Source: Candidatus Latescibacterota bacterium
Lineage (GTDB): Bacteria; Latescibacterota; UBA2968
NCBI GenBank assembly: GCA_965198115.1
Contig: OZ240241.1
Location: 4,992,001 to 5,056,000, forward strand
DNA length: 64,000 nucleotides
Reading direction: 5' to 3'
Part shown: positions 31,501 to 43,635 of the stretch, in pieces
Layout: every line of letters begins with the position of its first letter
Numbering within the stretch: position 1 is the first letter of the stretch
Notes under the pieces: generated by a model
Databases searched by the model: none
Told to the model about the DNA's origin: nothing
What the model saw: the letters and a program-made list of their open reading frames with translations, nothing else
Program-made: the position numbers and the translations under genes

Positions 31501-34500
31501 TGACGGCGTCGTTCACGATCGAGGGCCGAATCGCCCGTTTCGATCCTTTCCGTTTGGAAATTACGCTCGAGAGCGAGCGCGTGTTGAAGTTGACGCGCAA
31601 CACGACTCTCATCGGACCCGATGGCGAGCCGACCGAGCCGAGGAACCTGTTACCCGGCGCGAGGATTTCGGCCACAGGCACGATCGCGACTCAGGGCAGG
31701 CGTTCGACGCACGTGGTGGAGACGGTTCAACTGTTGAGCGGACGTCCGTTCGAGCTTCAGGCTCGCGTCGAGTCTGTCGACGGGCGCGTTCTGACGCTCC
31801 TGCCGAGGTCCCCCGAGCCGATCGATCCCCGTGCCAAGTTCGCGGATGCGCGAGGGCGAAGGGTCCCACGAGAAGAGTTCAAGGCACTGCTGGCAGATGC
31901 CCAGGGTCTCGACGTGCTCGTGAAGTTCAACCGGTTCGGGACCGGCGTGATTGGGCTTCAGATCTACGATCCCAATCGCAACCGAGAAATCAAAGAGGAT
32001 GAACAGATCGTCTCGGCCGACGCCGTTTCGATCGAGCCGACCGATGCCGGATTCCTCCTCGTGTTCGCCCCACGCCCACCCGTAACCGTGGCCGATGATG
32101 CGGTTATCCGAGGGGACGACGCGGCGGCGGCCGATCTGACAGTGCTCGTGGACCAGCGCGTGATCCTAGCCGGTGAAGTGATGGATGGGGTCCGTGTGGC
32201 CGATCGCGTTTTCGTGATTCGGGTGCTCGATCGGATCGACGTCCAGGTGACGGTGGGGGACTTCGATGGCCAGGGCGTGGAGAACGATGCGGAAGTGCGG
32301 GTATTCGATCCAGATGGCGCCGAACTCGAGACGGGTTTCCAGGTTTCGCTCGACCGCGATCGGCCGGTGGAGGCATTCTCCGGCGATGTGAAGAACAACC
32401 TGAGACCGGGACGCCACCAGATCGTCGTTCGCATTCCGGAGCTGCAGGGCTTGTCCGGGAGAGTCGAATTTCTGATTCGCGATCGCGGTCCCCAGCTGGA
32501 GGTGGTCGAGACGTTCCCCGCCGAAGGCGATGTCGATGTGGCCGAATCGAACGAAATCGCGATCACGTTCAACACGCCCATCCGTCAGGCGGGACGGTTT
32601 ATTGACGTTACCGCCGTACTGCGACCAGGCGGCCGACTCAGGGATATGGTTCTCTCCGACGATGGTCTTGACGGTCTTCGCTCCCGTCGAGCTGGAGCCG
32701 CAAACGAGCTACACCCTGGCCATCGTGAGCGCCGTCGGCATAAACAGGCAGGCGCTCGGCCGCCCAGTCGTAGTCAACTTCTCGACCGGTGGTGCGATCG
32801 AAACACCGGCCACGCTGTCGGGCACGGTGGAGCTTGTTGCGAGAGCGAAGCAGGTCGATGCGATCGAAATCCTCCAGGGTGAAATCATCGTGGGCGACGT
32901 CGATCGCAGGCAGGCTGGCAGGGGCCATGTGGAAACGGACGGCACGTTCGAGATACAGGGCGTTCCGGCAGGCACCTATCGTCTGTTCGTGAACCTCGAA
33001 ACGTCCACGGGCAGGGCAAGCGGGTTCCTTGACGCCAATGGAGACGGAGCACCCGACGACGTGACGGTTGCCAGTGGAGAAACGATCAGCGGCATCGCCG
33101 TGTCGGTGCTCGAGCCACTCGTGTTTGAAGAGCCCGAGCCGAGCGAGGATCCGACCGTGGTGGTCGACAGCCCGGTCAGTGTCGACCTGGATGTGGCTGT
33201 GGGCGATCAGATGCTCGACTTCGTCCAGGGCGAACCCGGCGGGGAAGTCACCCTCTCTGTTTACGCGGAAGGGGTGGAGAATCTGCTCGGGTTCGATCTG
33301 CTCATCGAGTTCGATCCAACCGCTGTGTCATTCATCGAAGTACTCGAAGACAACGGGGTAGAGGAGCTCAACCTGCTCAAGCAGAACGGCGGGTTCGCAC
33401 TCGACATTCCCAATCCGGACGCGAGCTCCCTCAACTGGTCGGTCGTGATCCTGGGTGCGACGGACGAACAGCTCGCGCAGGGAGACGGTCTGCTGGGTGT
33501 GTTCAGGTTCGAAGTGAACAAGAGTTTCTTCGGGACCACGGACATCACGGTTTCGCAGCTCGTTCAGGAGACGTCGACCGGATCGTCCATTGTTCAGCCT
33601 TTCGTGTCGGCTCAGGTGGACGGTGAAGGAGTGACGAAGCAGATTATCGCGTCGGTCGACGCCGAATCGATTTCGGCGAGCGGCGGTGAGACGACGATTT
33701 CGGTCACCCTCGCGGATCTGGACGGGATAACGTTCGCGGACGACGACGCTTCGACCGTCACGTTCGAGATTGTCGATGGCGACGCAACGGTGGATGACGC
33801 GTCTTCGGTCGAACTGACCGTGACAAGCGGTGAAGCGAGCGTTGTTCTGGCCGCGCAGGGGAGCGGAACGATCCAGGTAGCGATTTCCACGGATGGCGCA
33901 AGTTCTCAACTGATCACCGTTGAAGCGCCTGGACTGGGTGAAGGAGCCCTCGGTCCGGTGGTGCTCGACACGGACACGGCGACGGGCGACCAGGAGCAGC
34001 GGATTCTATCTGGCGAATTCGCACCGGGCGATCAAGTCGTGGTCGATGTGGCCGCTCTGTCGGGCGCAGACGGCATCATCGGGTTCCAGGTGCAGCTCAG
34101 TTACGATCCCGGGGCTCTGTCTTTCGTGGAGTTCACACCGTCCGATCTGATGGCAGCTGGGCTGCCCTTGCCGCGTGAAGAATCCGAGAGCATCATCGAA
34201 ATCAACGTGGCCATTCTGGGCGGGCAGGTTGCGGGTGATTCGGGCAGTCTGGGACTGGCGACGTTCGAGGTCCTCGATGGCTTCGCTGAATCCACGCTGA
34301 TCGAAATCGTGTCGGCCACCTTCGATGAAGACGTGCTGTCGGTCGGGATCGGTGGGGGGGTTGTACAGATCGGTGGTTCGGCCTCCGGGGGTGTGGGAGA
34401 TACTCCCGACTTCGATGGGGACGGCAAGGTCGGTTTCTCGGACTTTGTACAGTTCGCGAACGTATTCGGCAAGTCGTTCGGCGATCCGGAGTATGACGCG

Positions 34501-35298
34501 AAGTTCGACTTGAACGGGGACGGGAACATCGGCTTCCCGGATTTCGTGACATTCGCGTCGGCGTTCGGCCAGCCCGCCAAGCGTGCGCTAACCAAGCCGC
34601 TCGGTTTGCGATCGGACTTCAACAAGGAGGCGCGGGTTCAGGTCACATCGCGCCCAGGCGAGGAGGCCAATGAAATTGTCGTAGCCCTGGGACTGGTCAA
34701 TGCTGAGCAGGTGTCGGGATACAGCTTCCTGGTGGACTACGATGCCTCGGCTCTGACCCTGCTCGATGCTCGAACGGTCGGAAGCTCCCTTTTCTCGAGC
34801 GAGGAGGTTGCCCTTCAGACAACGACGGATGGGGGGCTGCTTCTGTCCGACATCCGGCGTGACGTGGATGATGGGGCCAGTCTCTTGACGCTCCGGTTCG
34901 GTATCGCCGATCGTGAGATCGCCACTTCGGTCGATGTGAGCGAGGTTTTCGTTTCGGACGGCGTGGGTGGGATCACGCAACTGGCCGGTTTGAGGGTGGA
35001 GGAAGTCCGGGTTCTACCGTCCGAGTTCGGAATGAGTCGCAATTTCCCGAATCCGTTCAACCCGGAAACGCAGATCAGCTTCCAGATTCCGGAGAGCACG
35101 AATCTGACGATGATCGTCTACAACACGCTCGGCCAGCAGGTCCGGACCCTGAAACAGGGGAGGATCTCAGCGGGCTTCCACCGCATTTCGTGGGATGGCC
35201 GTGACGAGGTGGGTCGTGGCGTTTCGAGTGGGATCTATCTCGTGCGGATGGCGGCAGGCGAATTCAGGATGGTTCAGAAAATGTTGTTGCTCAAGTAA
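28510..35298 (+). pseudogene. Giant (~2250 aa) secreted multidomain protein: temptin-like/CxxCH, DUF5666-like, Ig-like, cohesin-like, dockerin-like EF-hands, FlgD-Ig/T9SS-like C-terminal domain; disrupted
   Basis: TAG at 28684; frameshifts near 28870, 30310, 31418, 32665; C-terminus NFPNPFNPET...WDGRD...SSGIYLVR...KMLLLK. Confidence 0.8.
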
Positions 35299-35320
35299 CG
35301 GACGGTCATTAAGCGTTTCG

Positions 35321-35354
35321 AAGGGCCCGGAGTTTCTCCGGGCCCTTTCCTTTT
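35321..35354 (+). terminator. Intrinsic terminator
   Basis: AAGGGCCCGGAG-TTT-CTCCGGGCCCTT followed by TCCTTTT. Confidence 0.8.
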
Positions 35355-35468
35355 GCACGACAGTGTCGTGAATGAAGCATCGAATGGCGGATTTCCACAG
35401 CTGCTCCAAAAGAAGCGCACACCATTGTGGCTTTGTTTTCTCTGGACATCGCGTTGTTAAGCAATAAC

Positions 35469-36110
35469 TAAACCTTGGTAAGCCCCCGGCTCTGCCGGGG
35501 AGACTCCCAGAGTTTGACAGTTCCAGAAATATGTAAGAGCCTCCCTTGCCGTGGACCGCTCAAAGCACACGGAAGGAAGGCTCTCTAATGAACAACGTAA
35601 GGAGTCTACGTCACACGGTATGGGAGTGCAAGTATGACGTTGTTTGGGTTCGGAAGTATCGTAGAAAAGTGTTGTATGGTGAAATTCGTCGCTATCTGGG
35701 CGAGGTGATTCGGGATCTGGCCGCACAGAAGGAATGCCGTGTGGAAGAGGGTCACCTGCGATCCGACCATGTGCACACGTTGATTTCGATCCCGCCGAAG
35801 CACTCAGTAGCTCAGACGGTAGGGTTCATCAAAGGAAAGAGTGCGATTCACATTGCTCGGAACTATCTGGGACGTAGGTTAGGTCGAACTTCACCGGGCA
35901 GCATTTCTGGGCAAGAGGCTACTGGGTCTCCACCGTTGGCAAGGATGAACAGACGGTTCGGGAGTATATCCAGAACCAGGAGCGGGAGGACCGGCGTCTC
36001 GACCAGCTCAACATTTTCAGGTAATCGCCACCTTTAGGTGGCGCTTGGTTTCCAACCGCTTTGAGCGGTTCACAAGTTTTCAAGCCTCCGGCTTTGCCGG
36101 AGGTCATGAC
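35469..36110 (+). mobile_element. IS200-like element copy 2 (tnpA frameshifted by a 5-bp TAGGT duplication)
   Basis: Follows TAAC and ends in TGAC; GACGTAGGTTAGGTCG versus GACGCAGGTCG in copy 1. Confidence 0.93.
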
Positions 36111-36179
36111 TTATGTGTCGCTCGACTCGGGCGGTACGTCTTTTGCCCGGTAAATTCCTTTCTGATTCGATCAGGTTTG

Positions 36180-37567
36180 GGTCAAGTCCCATAGTCAGTT
36201 GAAACTCATCGGGCTCCGTGGTATTCATGCTCTCTGCTGAGCATCTTGATTGTCGCCGAGATTCAGGTTGTTTTTCAGTGCTTGCCTGAGCAGCGGGAGG
36301 TGTTTGTATCCGCTCACGCGTCGCAGGCGTGGTTCGATGTCGAGGAGTGCGGCCGCGACCCATCTGTGTCGCTGAGGAGAGTTGTTCCAGCGGTTGACCT
36401 TCCGTATCAGGTTGCCGGTCATGCTGTTGAGCGCCTCGATGCAATTGGTGGTTCGGAAGCTTCGCTTCAAGAACGGGAGCATCCCCAGCCGGTGGAGGGT
36501 CAGGGTTTCCTCCAGTCCTTCCTCGAGGCTTGCCACGGCAGACTGATTCATCAGCTTGAGTTCGGGTTTGAGTGATTCGAGTGCGGCCTTTGCCTCCTCG
36601 TAGGTGTCGCAGTCATAGGCTTTCTGAAGTTTCCGTCGAACTCTTGGACGTTCTGCCTCCGGGAGGTAGCTGACGACGTTCTCGCGCTTGTGCCACTGAC
36701 AGCGATGCACGCACACATCCCCTTTGAGGGCTTTGGTGACGGCACTGCGGAGTCCCTTTGAGCCGTCCAGCACAACGAGAAGGCCCTGGTCGTAGCACAG
36801 GCCTCTCCGGATGAGATCCTGGATCAGCTGACGGCAGATCCGTTCGTTCTCCGTCGCCGATTCGACGAAGCCCAGGGGGATCTTCTGGCCGTCCGTCGTG
36901 ACGCCCAGAGCGATCACGATCTCTTCGTCGGCAAAGCTCTTTCCGTCGATGAACAGGGCGACCAAGTCGTAGTCGTCGAGCGGTCGTTCCTGGAACTGCT
37001 TCAGCTTCTTCGCGGTGGCTTTGATGAACCGTCGCGAGACGGAGGATGCCGAAATTCCGAACGCTTCGGGTACCGACTCTGCACAGGCTCTGTAGTTGCG
37101 ACAGGAGATTCCCTTGAGCACACGAAGCAGCAGCTTCTCATCCATCGCTCTGGGCCTCTGCATCCCCCGGTATGCGGCCAGAGAAACCTCCGTATCGGAC
37201 TCGACGTCGCGCACACGGGGAACGGCCACCGGCAGCTTCTGGTCTATCAGATACACGGACCCTTTCTGGCTTCCCCATCGACGATGCGACTGCTCTGAAC
37301 CCTTACGCGCATACCGAACGCCTGCGAGCTGCTCCACCTCCTGCTGGAGCACGTCGGCAACGGCCTCCAGACCCAGCGGAATCAGCGCCCGGATCACCGA
37401 TAAACGCGTCTCCAAATCCATAACGTCTGACCCAACCTTGACTTCGCCATCCCCTGCAAATAGCTTCTCCATCGTGGGCTCCTTTCTTACGGGTACACGC
37501 TCTCACACGTCTACCCACAACGTAAGTTTGGAGCCCTTTAAGTTTCAACTAGGATAGGGACCTCACC
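36180..37567 (-). mobile_element. IS256-family type A, diverged isoform (intact transposase 36225-37472; no target duplication)
   Basis: Shares the GGTCAAGTCCCATAG end; other end GGTGAGGTCCCTATCCTAGTTGAAAC; flanks CAGGTTTG and CCATTCGT differ. Confidence 0.93.
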
Positions 37568-38380
37568 CCATTCGTTGTACAAGTCCCAGTGTTCATACTT
37601 GGGGAGTTTAACCGCATTCGGAACCTGATAGAACGAGGTTCCTTTCTTGAATTCTTCCACGATAGCGACCTGTAGTTCTTCTATAAATTCACGCGTTTGA
37701 GTCACGTCTGACTTGGTACCGAAAGGTTCCTTCGCGTGCGAGTGAGAGTAGATCGCCGTTTGGAAATTCATCTTTTCAACTTCTGTGAGCGTTCGTGTCC
37801 ACTCTTTGATGTTGAAATCCGCGATAGAAAAAAGCACGCGATTGGGTGTCACGATGTCAGCGATGTAGGCGACTTGTTCCTCAGGCAGCAGAAACACGGT
37901 CATGCCGAGTCCGTGACTCATTCCCGTGTGGTGTAGTTCAATCGTTCTTCCGCCTAGAATGATATCCTTCCGGGATCCAGCCCAAACTTCATCGGGAAGT
38001 GCCAGATCTGGATGTGGGTTGGCCTTCATCCACTCGAAGGCTTCCACGTGTGCCACAATCGTGGCTCCTTGATCACGAAAGAGTTGTCCGCCTTTCGCGT
38101 GATCCCAGTGATTATGACTGTGCAGCAGATATCGAACGGGTTTTTCTGTGGTGCTTCCGATTGCTTCCAGTAGTCCCTGAGCATGCTTGGGACTGATGGG
38201 TTCAACGGCAATGACCCCTTCATCCGTTACCACAAACATCGAATAGTAGCCGACGCCGGAGTCATACCTGTAAACACCATCGGCTGCTTTCCAAACCTGT
38301 TCCTGTGCAGAAGCGGCATTCACGGTCAACTGAGCTAGGATAGCCACGACCACCGACAAACGCTTTGCATACATCTTCAT
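37538..38380 (-). pseudogene. Secreted MBL-fold metallo-hydrolase, C-terminus truncated by IS256
   Basis: HSHNHWDHAKGG motif and signal peptide; final residues EVPILVET come from the IS. Confidence 0.85.
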
Positions 38381-38415
38381 CTCCTTGCTATTTCAGTTCG
38401 TGAGGTGTCTTAGCA

Positions 38416-39240
38416 TCATCGCCCTGTGATTCTTTCTCTCCACTGACCAAGCTGCTGTGAAAGGTCTGCTTCCCCATAGCCATTCAGGCATTCTACGTAG
38501 ATGTCGATGAATCGACAGTAGAGAGGCGCGAGACCTTGCTCCAGCCGATCGACGACGTCGTCCAGCTCGTCGGGCAGCGCGTTCATCCGCCAGTGATAGG
38601 TCTGACGCACCAGTTCCGCGTCCGGACCGGAGAAACGGTCGACGTAGTATCTGTAGGAGGCTTCATTGCTCGCGATTTTGCCCGTTTTCCCCAGAAAGAT
38701 GAACCGGGCAGGAAAGAGTACGCGCTTCGTGACCATTACGGTTCCCTGGGAAGCCAAAAGCTGGCAGTTGTGGAATTCTTCGAGAACCTGATCGTTGTAC
38801 AGAGTGTTCAGCGCGAATTCTGCGCTGGACGTGACAAGCTCTCTTTTCGACGGACGCTTCAGCCGACTCCTTGTCTCTCGTCCTGCCAGGAGCACCGCGT
38901 GGTCGATCAGGTCCAACCTGTCGAATGGGGGATAGCGCCCGGCGTCTACAACACCATTGATCGAATCGATTGAGCCCCAGAATATTGAAACCTTGTTCGC
39001 AACCGTAGCGTTTCGTTTCAGCGTCTTTGATAGGATCCGATCAACTTCAGCCTCATCTTGTGGATTCAACGGTCCTTCAAGGATGAGGCCTATATCAATG
39101 TCGCTCGCGACCTCGCTGAAACCACCTCTGGCCAGACTGCCCATGACATAGACAGCAACGCATCGATTCGGAAAGGTTGATTGACTCAGCTGCGTGATGT
39201 CTTGAACCAATGACCTTATGTCTGCATTGTTCGTCTGCAC
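38416..39240 (-). CDS. Nucleotidyltransferase-domain protein
   Basis: YVMGSLARGGFSEVASDIDI fits the Pol-beta NTase motif. Confidence 0.8.
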   Translation of the reverse strand: MQTNNADIRSLVQDITQLSQSTFPNRCVAVYVMGSLARGGFSEVASDIDIGLILEGPLNPQDEAEVDRILSKTLKRNATVANKVSIFWGSIDSINGVVDAGRYPPFDRLDLIDHAVLLAGRETRSRLKRPSKRELVTSSAEFALNTLYNDQVLEEFHNCQLLASQGTVMVTKRVLFPARFIFLGKTGKIASNEASYRYYVDRFSGPDAELVRQTYHWRMNALPDELDDVVDRLEQGLAPLYCRFIDIYVECLNGYGEADLSQQLGQWRERITGR

Positions 39241-39503
39241 TTACGCAACTCCAGGCGTCTGAAGGCGAGCCCGTCGAGGGATCGTGTGGCGCACCCGATT
39301 CGAGTTGAGAACAGAACTGCGTAGATAGGCTTGTTGGGGTGCGTCAAACAAGGGCTTTTCGCGTGGTCGCGAGCCAGCTCATCGCAGGGTTCGGCTTAGC
39401 TCTTCAGTTCACACTCAGCCAGGAAATCACTGCGTGTATATTGACGAGGTCCACATTTACGTGAGTTGTTTGGATGCGCACCATCTGATCTGGGAGATCT
39501 AGG

Positions 39504-40877
39504 GAGCTATAATCAAAAGGTGTGGAAAAAGAGAAAGGGCGACCCTACCCTTCCCGTGAGATAGTTGATTCACACAAAACCGGGTGAGAGGCCCGGTTGG
39601 GAAGGAGGATCGCCGTGAAGGAACATACGCATAGAGCCCCATTGAAGTCCATGCCGACGTGGGAGACGGTTGACGATTGGATCCGTGAAGAGATCCAGGG
39701 CCGGTTCCAGTCCATTCTGGAGGAGGAGGCGACCGCGTTCTTGGGCCGGTCGTGGTATGAGCGCCGAGCCGAGGTCGATAGCTCCAGGGGCTACAGGAAC
39801 GGCTACGGCAAGCCCCGGCGTCTCTCGACGAGCTGCGGAACGATCAAGGTCCGGCGTCCCCGGGTTCGTGGTCTGGAAGAGCGGTTTGAAAGCCGCATCC
39901 TCCCCCTGTTCGCCCGGAGAACCAGGGCCATTGGAGATCTGCTTCCCGACCTTTATCTCCACGGTCTCTCCCAGGGCGACTTCGAGTTGTCTTTGCGTGC
40001 GCTGCTCGGTGATGGCGCGCCGCTTTCGCCGACCTCGATCGCTCGTCTTCGAGGGAAGTGGGAGGTCGACTTCCAGGACTGGAAAGAAAGGCGTCTGGAT
40101 AATCGCGAACTGGTCTACGCCTGGGCTGATGGCATCTACGTCAAAGCCGGGCTCGAGCGCGAGAAGGCGTGTCTGCTGGTCGTGATCGGCGCGATGAGCG
40201 ACGGCAGCAAGGAGATCCTGGCGATAGAACCCGGTTATCGAGAGTCTACAGAATCCTGGCTCACGGTGCTACGGGATCTCCGGGATCGCGGGCTCGAACA
40301 TCCTGTCCTGATCGCCGCGGACGGGAATATGGGCATCTGGGCGGCCGTTGATCAGGTCTGGCCAGAGAGCCGGCAACAACGGTGCTGGAACCACAAGATC
40401 CTCAACGTGCTCGACAAGGTCGCCAAGCGTGCACAGGCTGAAGCCCGCGCACTGCTCGTCCAGATCCCCTATGCCGGCACGAAAAAGGAGGCCGAGAAGC
40501 TCCGGAAACGCTTTGCCGCACGGTATCGCTCACAGTTCCCTGCCGCCGTGGAGACGCTCGAAAGAGACTGGGATCGGATGGTCACGTTCTACGACTTCCC
40601 GAAGGAACACTGGAAACACCTGAGAACCACGAACGTCGTCGAGAGCCCCTTTGCTTCCGTTCGGCTTCGCACAAACGCCGCCAGGCGATTCAAGAAAGTC
40701 AGGAACGCCACGGCTCTCATCTGGCGTACGCTCAAGGTCGCAGAGAGCCGATTCAGGAAACTCACCGCGCCACACTTGCTACAACAAGTCTACGATCAGA
40801 AACACTCAACCGGACCGCAGGTCGAAGCCGGGAAGATGGCCGCCTGATTTCTTTTACACACCTATTGACCTGAGCTC
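39504..40877 (+). mobile_element. IS256-family type B, copy 2 (transposase 39615-40847)
   Basis: Near-identical to 20934-22304; 8-bp target duplication GATCTAGG. Confidence 0.95.
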
Positions 40878-40897
40878 GATCTAGGTCGCTGTAGAGA

Positions 40898-42550
40898 GTG
40901 AACCGAGGATCACGGAGACTTCTGATGAAACAGCACCTGTCTGAACAGCACATCGCCGCGGTCAATCGACGCCGGCGGGTTGTCGTCAACTTCGATGCGA
41001 TGCACGCAGAGCCGGCTTTTACGGATGTGGAGATAGAGCAACTCGTGAAGCTGAGCTTTACGTTCGCCGATGATGAAGACAGCCAGATCGACAGCATCTG
41101 GTGGAACTGGAGCGAAGGACACGAGGTGCCCTATCCAAGCAAGGTCTTGCAGCTCTTCGATCACCCCGGACACAGGAAGTGGGCGGAAGAGGGTGTCGAC
41201 ATTATGAAGATCTTCCTGGAGGAGACCAGGAAACGCGGGCTGGAGGTCTTCCATTCCTACCGGATCAATGGGGGCGACCACGACCTGGCGACGGTTGCCA
41301 AAATCGCGATGAAGGAAGCCCACCCCGAGTGGCAGATCTACCCGCCCTGGAGACCCGTGGGCATGTGGAACTTCGCGTTCCAGGGCGTGCGCGACTACAA
41401 GCTGAGCATTCTGCGGGAGGTGGCGGAGGACTACGACTTCGACGGGCTGGAACTGGACTACGCGAGGGGTTGCCCTGTCCTGGAACCGGGGCACCAGTGG
41501 GAGAACCGGGAGAAGCTCACCGATTTCATGCGTGCGGTCAGGTCGATGACACTGGAGGTCGAGGAGAAACGTGGCCGTCCGTTTTTGCTGGCTGCTCGTG
41601 TGCCTGAGAACTTGGAAGGATGCCACTTTGACGGCCTGGATGTAGAGACGTTGGCTCGGGAGGAGCTGCTGGATATCTTCGTCATGGGGTGCCGATCATT
41701 CGACGTGGACGTCGCGGCCTTCCGCCGGATCACTGAGGGCAAGAACATCAAGCTCTTTCCGTGTCTGGATGACCATCACACCTCAGACGGTTACAACTGG
41801 CCGCCCATCGAGGTGTTGCGCGGCGTGTTCGCAAGCTGGTGGCGCCAGGGTGTGGACGGGGCGTACACCTTCAACTGGAACTACGCACTCCACGAGGACG
41901 CGCTCCGGATTGGTCTCGCGGGCGCGCCGCACTATCCCGCACCCGGGCCTTCGCACCGCCAGCTTTATCGAGAGATCGGCCGTCCACAAACACTGGAACG
42001 TAAGGACAAGACCTTCGTGGTCATGCGCCGGGGTGGTGGAGGGCACGGCCCCGGTGTCCCGGTCCCCGAGGACTGGACCACACCGAGGTGGAAGTATGTC
42101 AACACCAACATGTTTGCGCCGCTGCCGGTCGGGTTGGCCAACGACGGCAAGGCGGACACGCTGTTGACCGTCTACGTGGGCGACGACGTAGCGAGCGATG
42201 CCGACCGGATCAGGTCCATCACCCTCGGTGTGCTGCTCTCGGACCCCGCCACTCAGAATCTGCCTGAGGATGAGAGGATTGAACGGGCTGCCATCAGAAT
42301 CTGGCGGGGGAAGGACACCCTCTACAACGCGCCGCTCGGCAAAGGGATCGAAGACCGGATCGAGCTGAGGCTCAACAACGCGCTGCTTGGCCGCCCGACC
42401 GTGGACCAGGGGTGGCTGGTGTTCACGGCCCAGCCAGACCAGTTCGCCGTGGGTAGCAATCTGGTTGGACTTCGAGTCACGGAGCGACCGCGGGAGACCC
42501 GAGACGAGATCTCAATCGAGAAACTCGAGGTACAGGTGCAGTATCGATGA
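40898..42550 (+). CDS. Putative TIM-barrel glycoside hydrolase-like (GHL10/DUF187-like) protein
   Basis: GLEVFHSYRIN, HPEW, YDFDGLELDYAR, GVDGAYTFN. Confidence 0.65.
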   Translation: MNRGSRRLLMKQHLSEQHIAAVNRRRRVVVNFDAMHAEPAFTDVEIEQLVKLSFTFADDEDSQIDSIWWNWSEGHEVPYPSKVLQLFDHPGHRKWAEEGVDIMKIFLEETRKRGLEVFHSYRINGGDHDLATVAKIAMKEAHPEWQIYPPWRPVGMWNFAFQGVRDYKLSILREVAEDYDFDGLELDYARGCPVLEPGHQWENREKLTDFMRAVRSMTLEVEEKRGRPFLLAARVPENLEGCHFDGLDVETLAREELLDIFVMGCRSFDVDVAAFRRITEGKNIKLFPCLDDHHTSDGYNWPPIEVLRGVFASWWRQGVDGAYTFNWNYALHEDALRIGLAGAPHYPAPGPSHRQLYREIGRPQTLERKDKTFVVMRRGGGGHGPGVPVPEDWTTPRWKYVNTNMFAPLPVGLANDGKADTLLTVYVGDDVASDADRIRSITLGVLLSDPATQNLPEDERIERAAIRIWRGKDTLYNAPLGKGIEDRIELRLNNALLGRPTVDQGWLVFTAQPDQFAVGSNLVGLRVTERPRETRDEISIEKLEVQVQYR

Positions 42551-42587
42551 AGGTGGCGGGGGCGAATGATCTAATCCCCATCGCGGC

Positions 42588-43568
42588 CTAACTCTGGTTG
42601 TCCGTCCCGGCCGCATATCCCATGCCGGTCTGGCCGAAGCCGTTGCCCGTGAACCAGCATCGGTATTCGTCCTCGTGCTTCACGATCGAGACGTAACAGC
42701 GCTGCCGGTCGTCGAAAGCTCCCTCGAGCCCGGTACCGAACTCGCCTTCCGGACCGCTCTCGGCCCAGGTCCATTCGAATCCGTCGCTGCTTGTCAGGCT
42801 CCGAACGCGGTAGGCCGTCCCGAACGTGTGGACCCACATCCGGTATCCATCCGACTCCTGCATGATGAAGGGCTTCGAGCAGATATACTCGTATGGCACT
42901 GTGGCGTGTCCCCTTGGCTCGACAAGCAGACGATCCAGGGGCTTTTCCCACGCGAGACCGTCGTCGGATTCGGCATAGGCGACTCCAATCCTGGGAATGG
43001 TGTCGCCGTGGCCTGTCTTCACGCCTTCAGGTTTCTGGAAATACGCGCCGAGGGACGTGTAGTACATCCGGAGCGTGCCGGCGTCGTCGATGACACACAC
43101 GCTCCCCGTGCCTTCGCGGTCGTATTCACGGTCCAGGGTCAGCGCAGGATGGTTCAGCGCGGGCTGAAATGACAATCCACCGTCTTGGCTGAACGCAACA
43201 CCGGTCGTGTTTGGAAGCTTCCCGTCGGGGCGTGGCTCTCCCCATCCGCAAAAGACCATCAGCCAGGGCGCATCTTCCCGGGGGACAACCCAGGGGAAGC
43301 TCGGACCGACGGCGTTGTACGGGGCGTCCGGCTGTCGCTCGAGAACGACCCCTTGTGCCTGCCAATCCGTCGGCCGGTCGACACTTGCAGTCGCGAGGAG
43401 GATACGGTTGAACCCGTCCGAACCAGTGCCCCAGTAGTACATCCAGTAGTCGTCAGCGACCTCGAGGACGTGTGCTGCGCCCGCCCTCCGAGCGTCCAGC
43501 TCACCGTGCAGCTGGCCGGGACGGATGATGGGTTCGGTGGAAGGGAAGTGCCAGTGGATCTGAGTCAT
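42588..43568 (-). CDS. Five-bladed beta-propeller glycosidase-like protein
   Basis: Repeated YWMYY/LRMYY/YRMW blades; SDDGLAWEK, SSDGFEW. Confidence 0.7.
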   Translation of the reverse strand: MTQIHWHFPSTEPIIRPGQLHGELDARRAGAAHVLEVADDYWMYYWGTGSDGFNRILLATASVDRPTDWQAQGVVLERQPDAPYNAVGPSFPWVVPREDAPWLMVFCGWGEPRPDGKLPNTTGVAFSQDGGLSFQPALNHPALTLDREYDREGTGSVCVIDDAGTLRMYYTSLGAYFQKPEGVKTGHGDTIPRIGVAYAESDDGLAWEKPLDRLLVEPRGHATVPYEYICSKPFIMQESDGYRMWVHTFGTAYRVRSLTSSDGFEWTWAESGPEGEFGTGLEGAFDDRQRCYVSIVKHEDEYRCWFTGNGFGQTGMGYAAGTDNQS

Positions 43569-43635
43569 TTAAGATGGAAGATAGAATATGTGGGAATTGA
43601 AACCCGGCTGAAGCCTCGTTTCGTAGTCTTCATTT

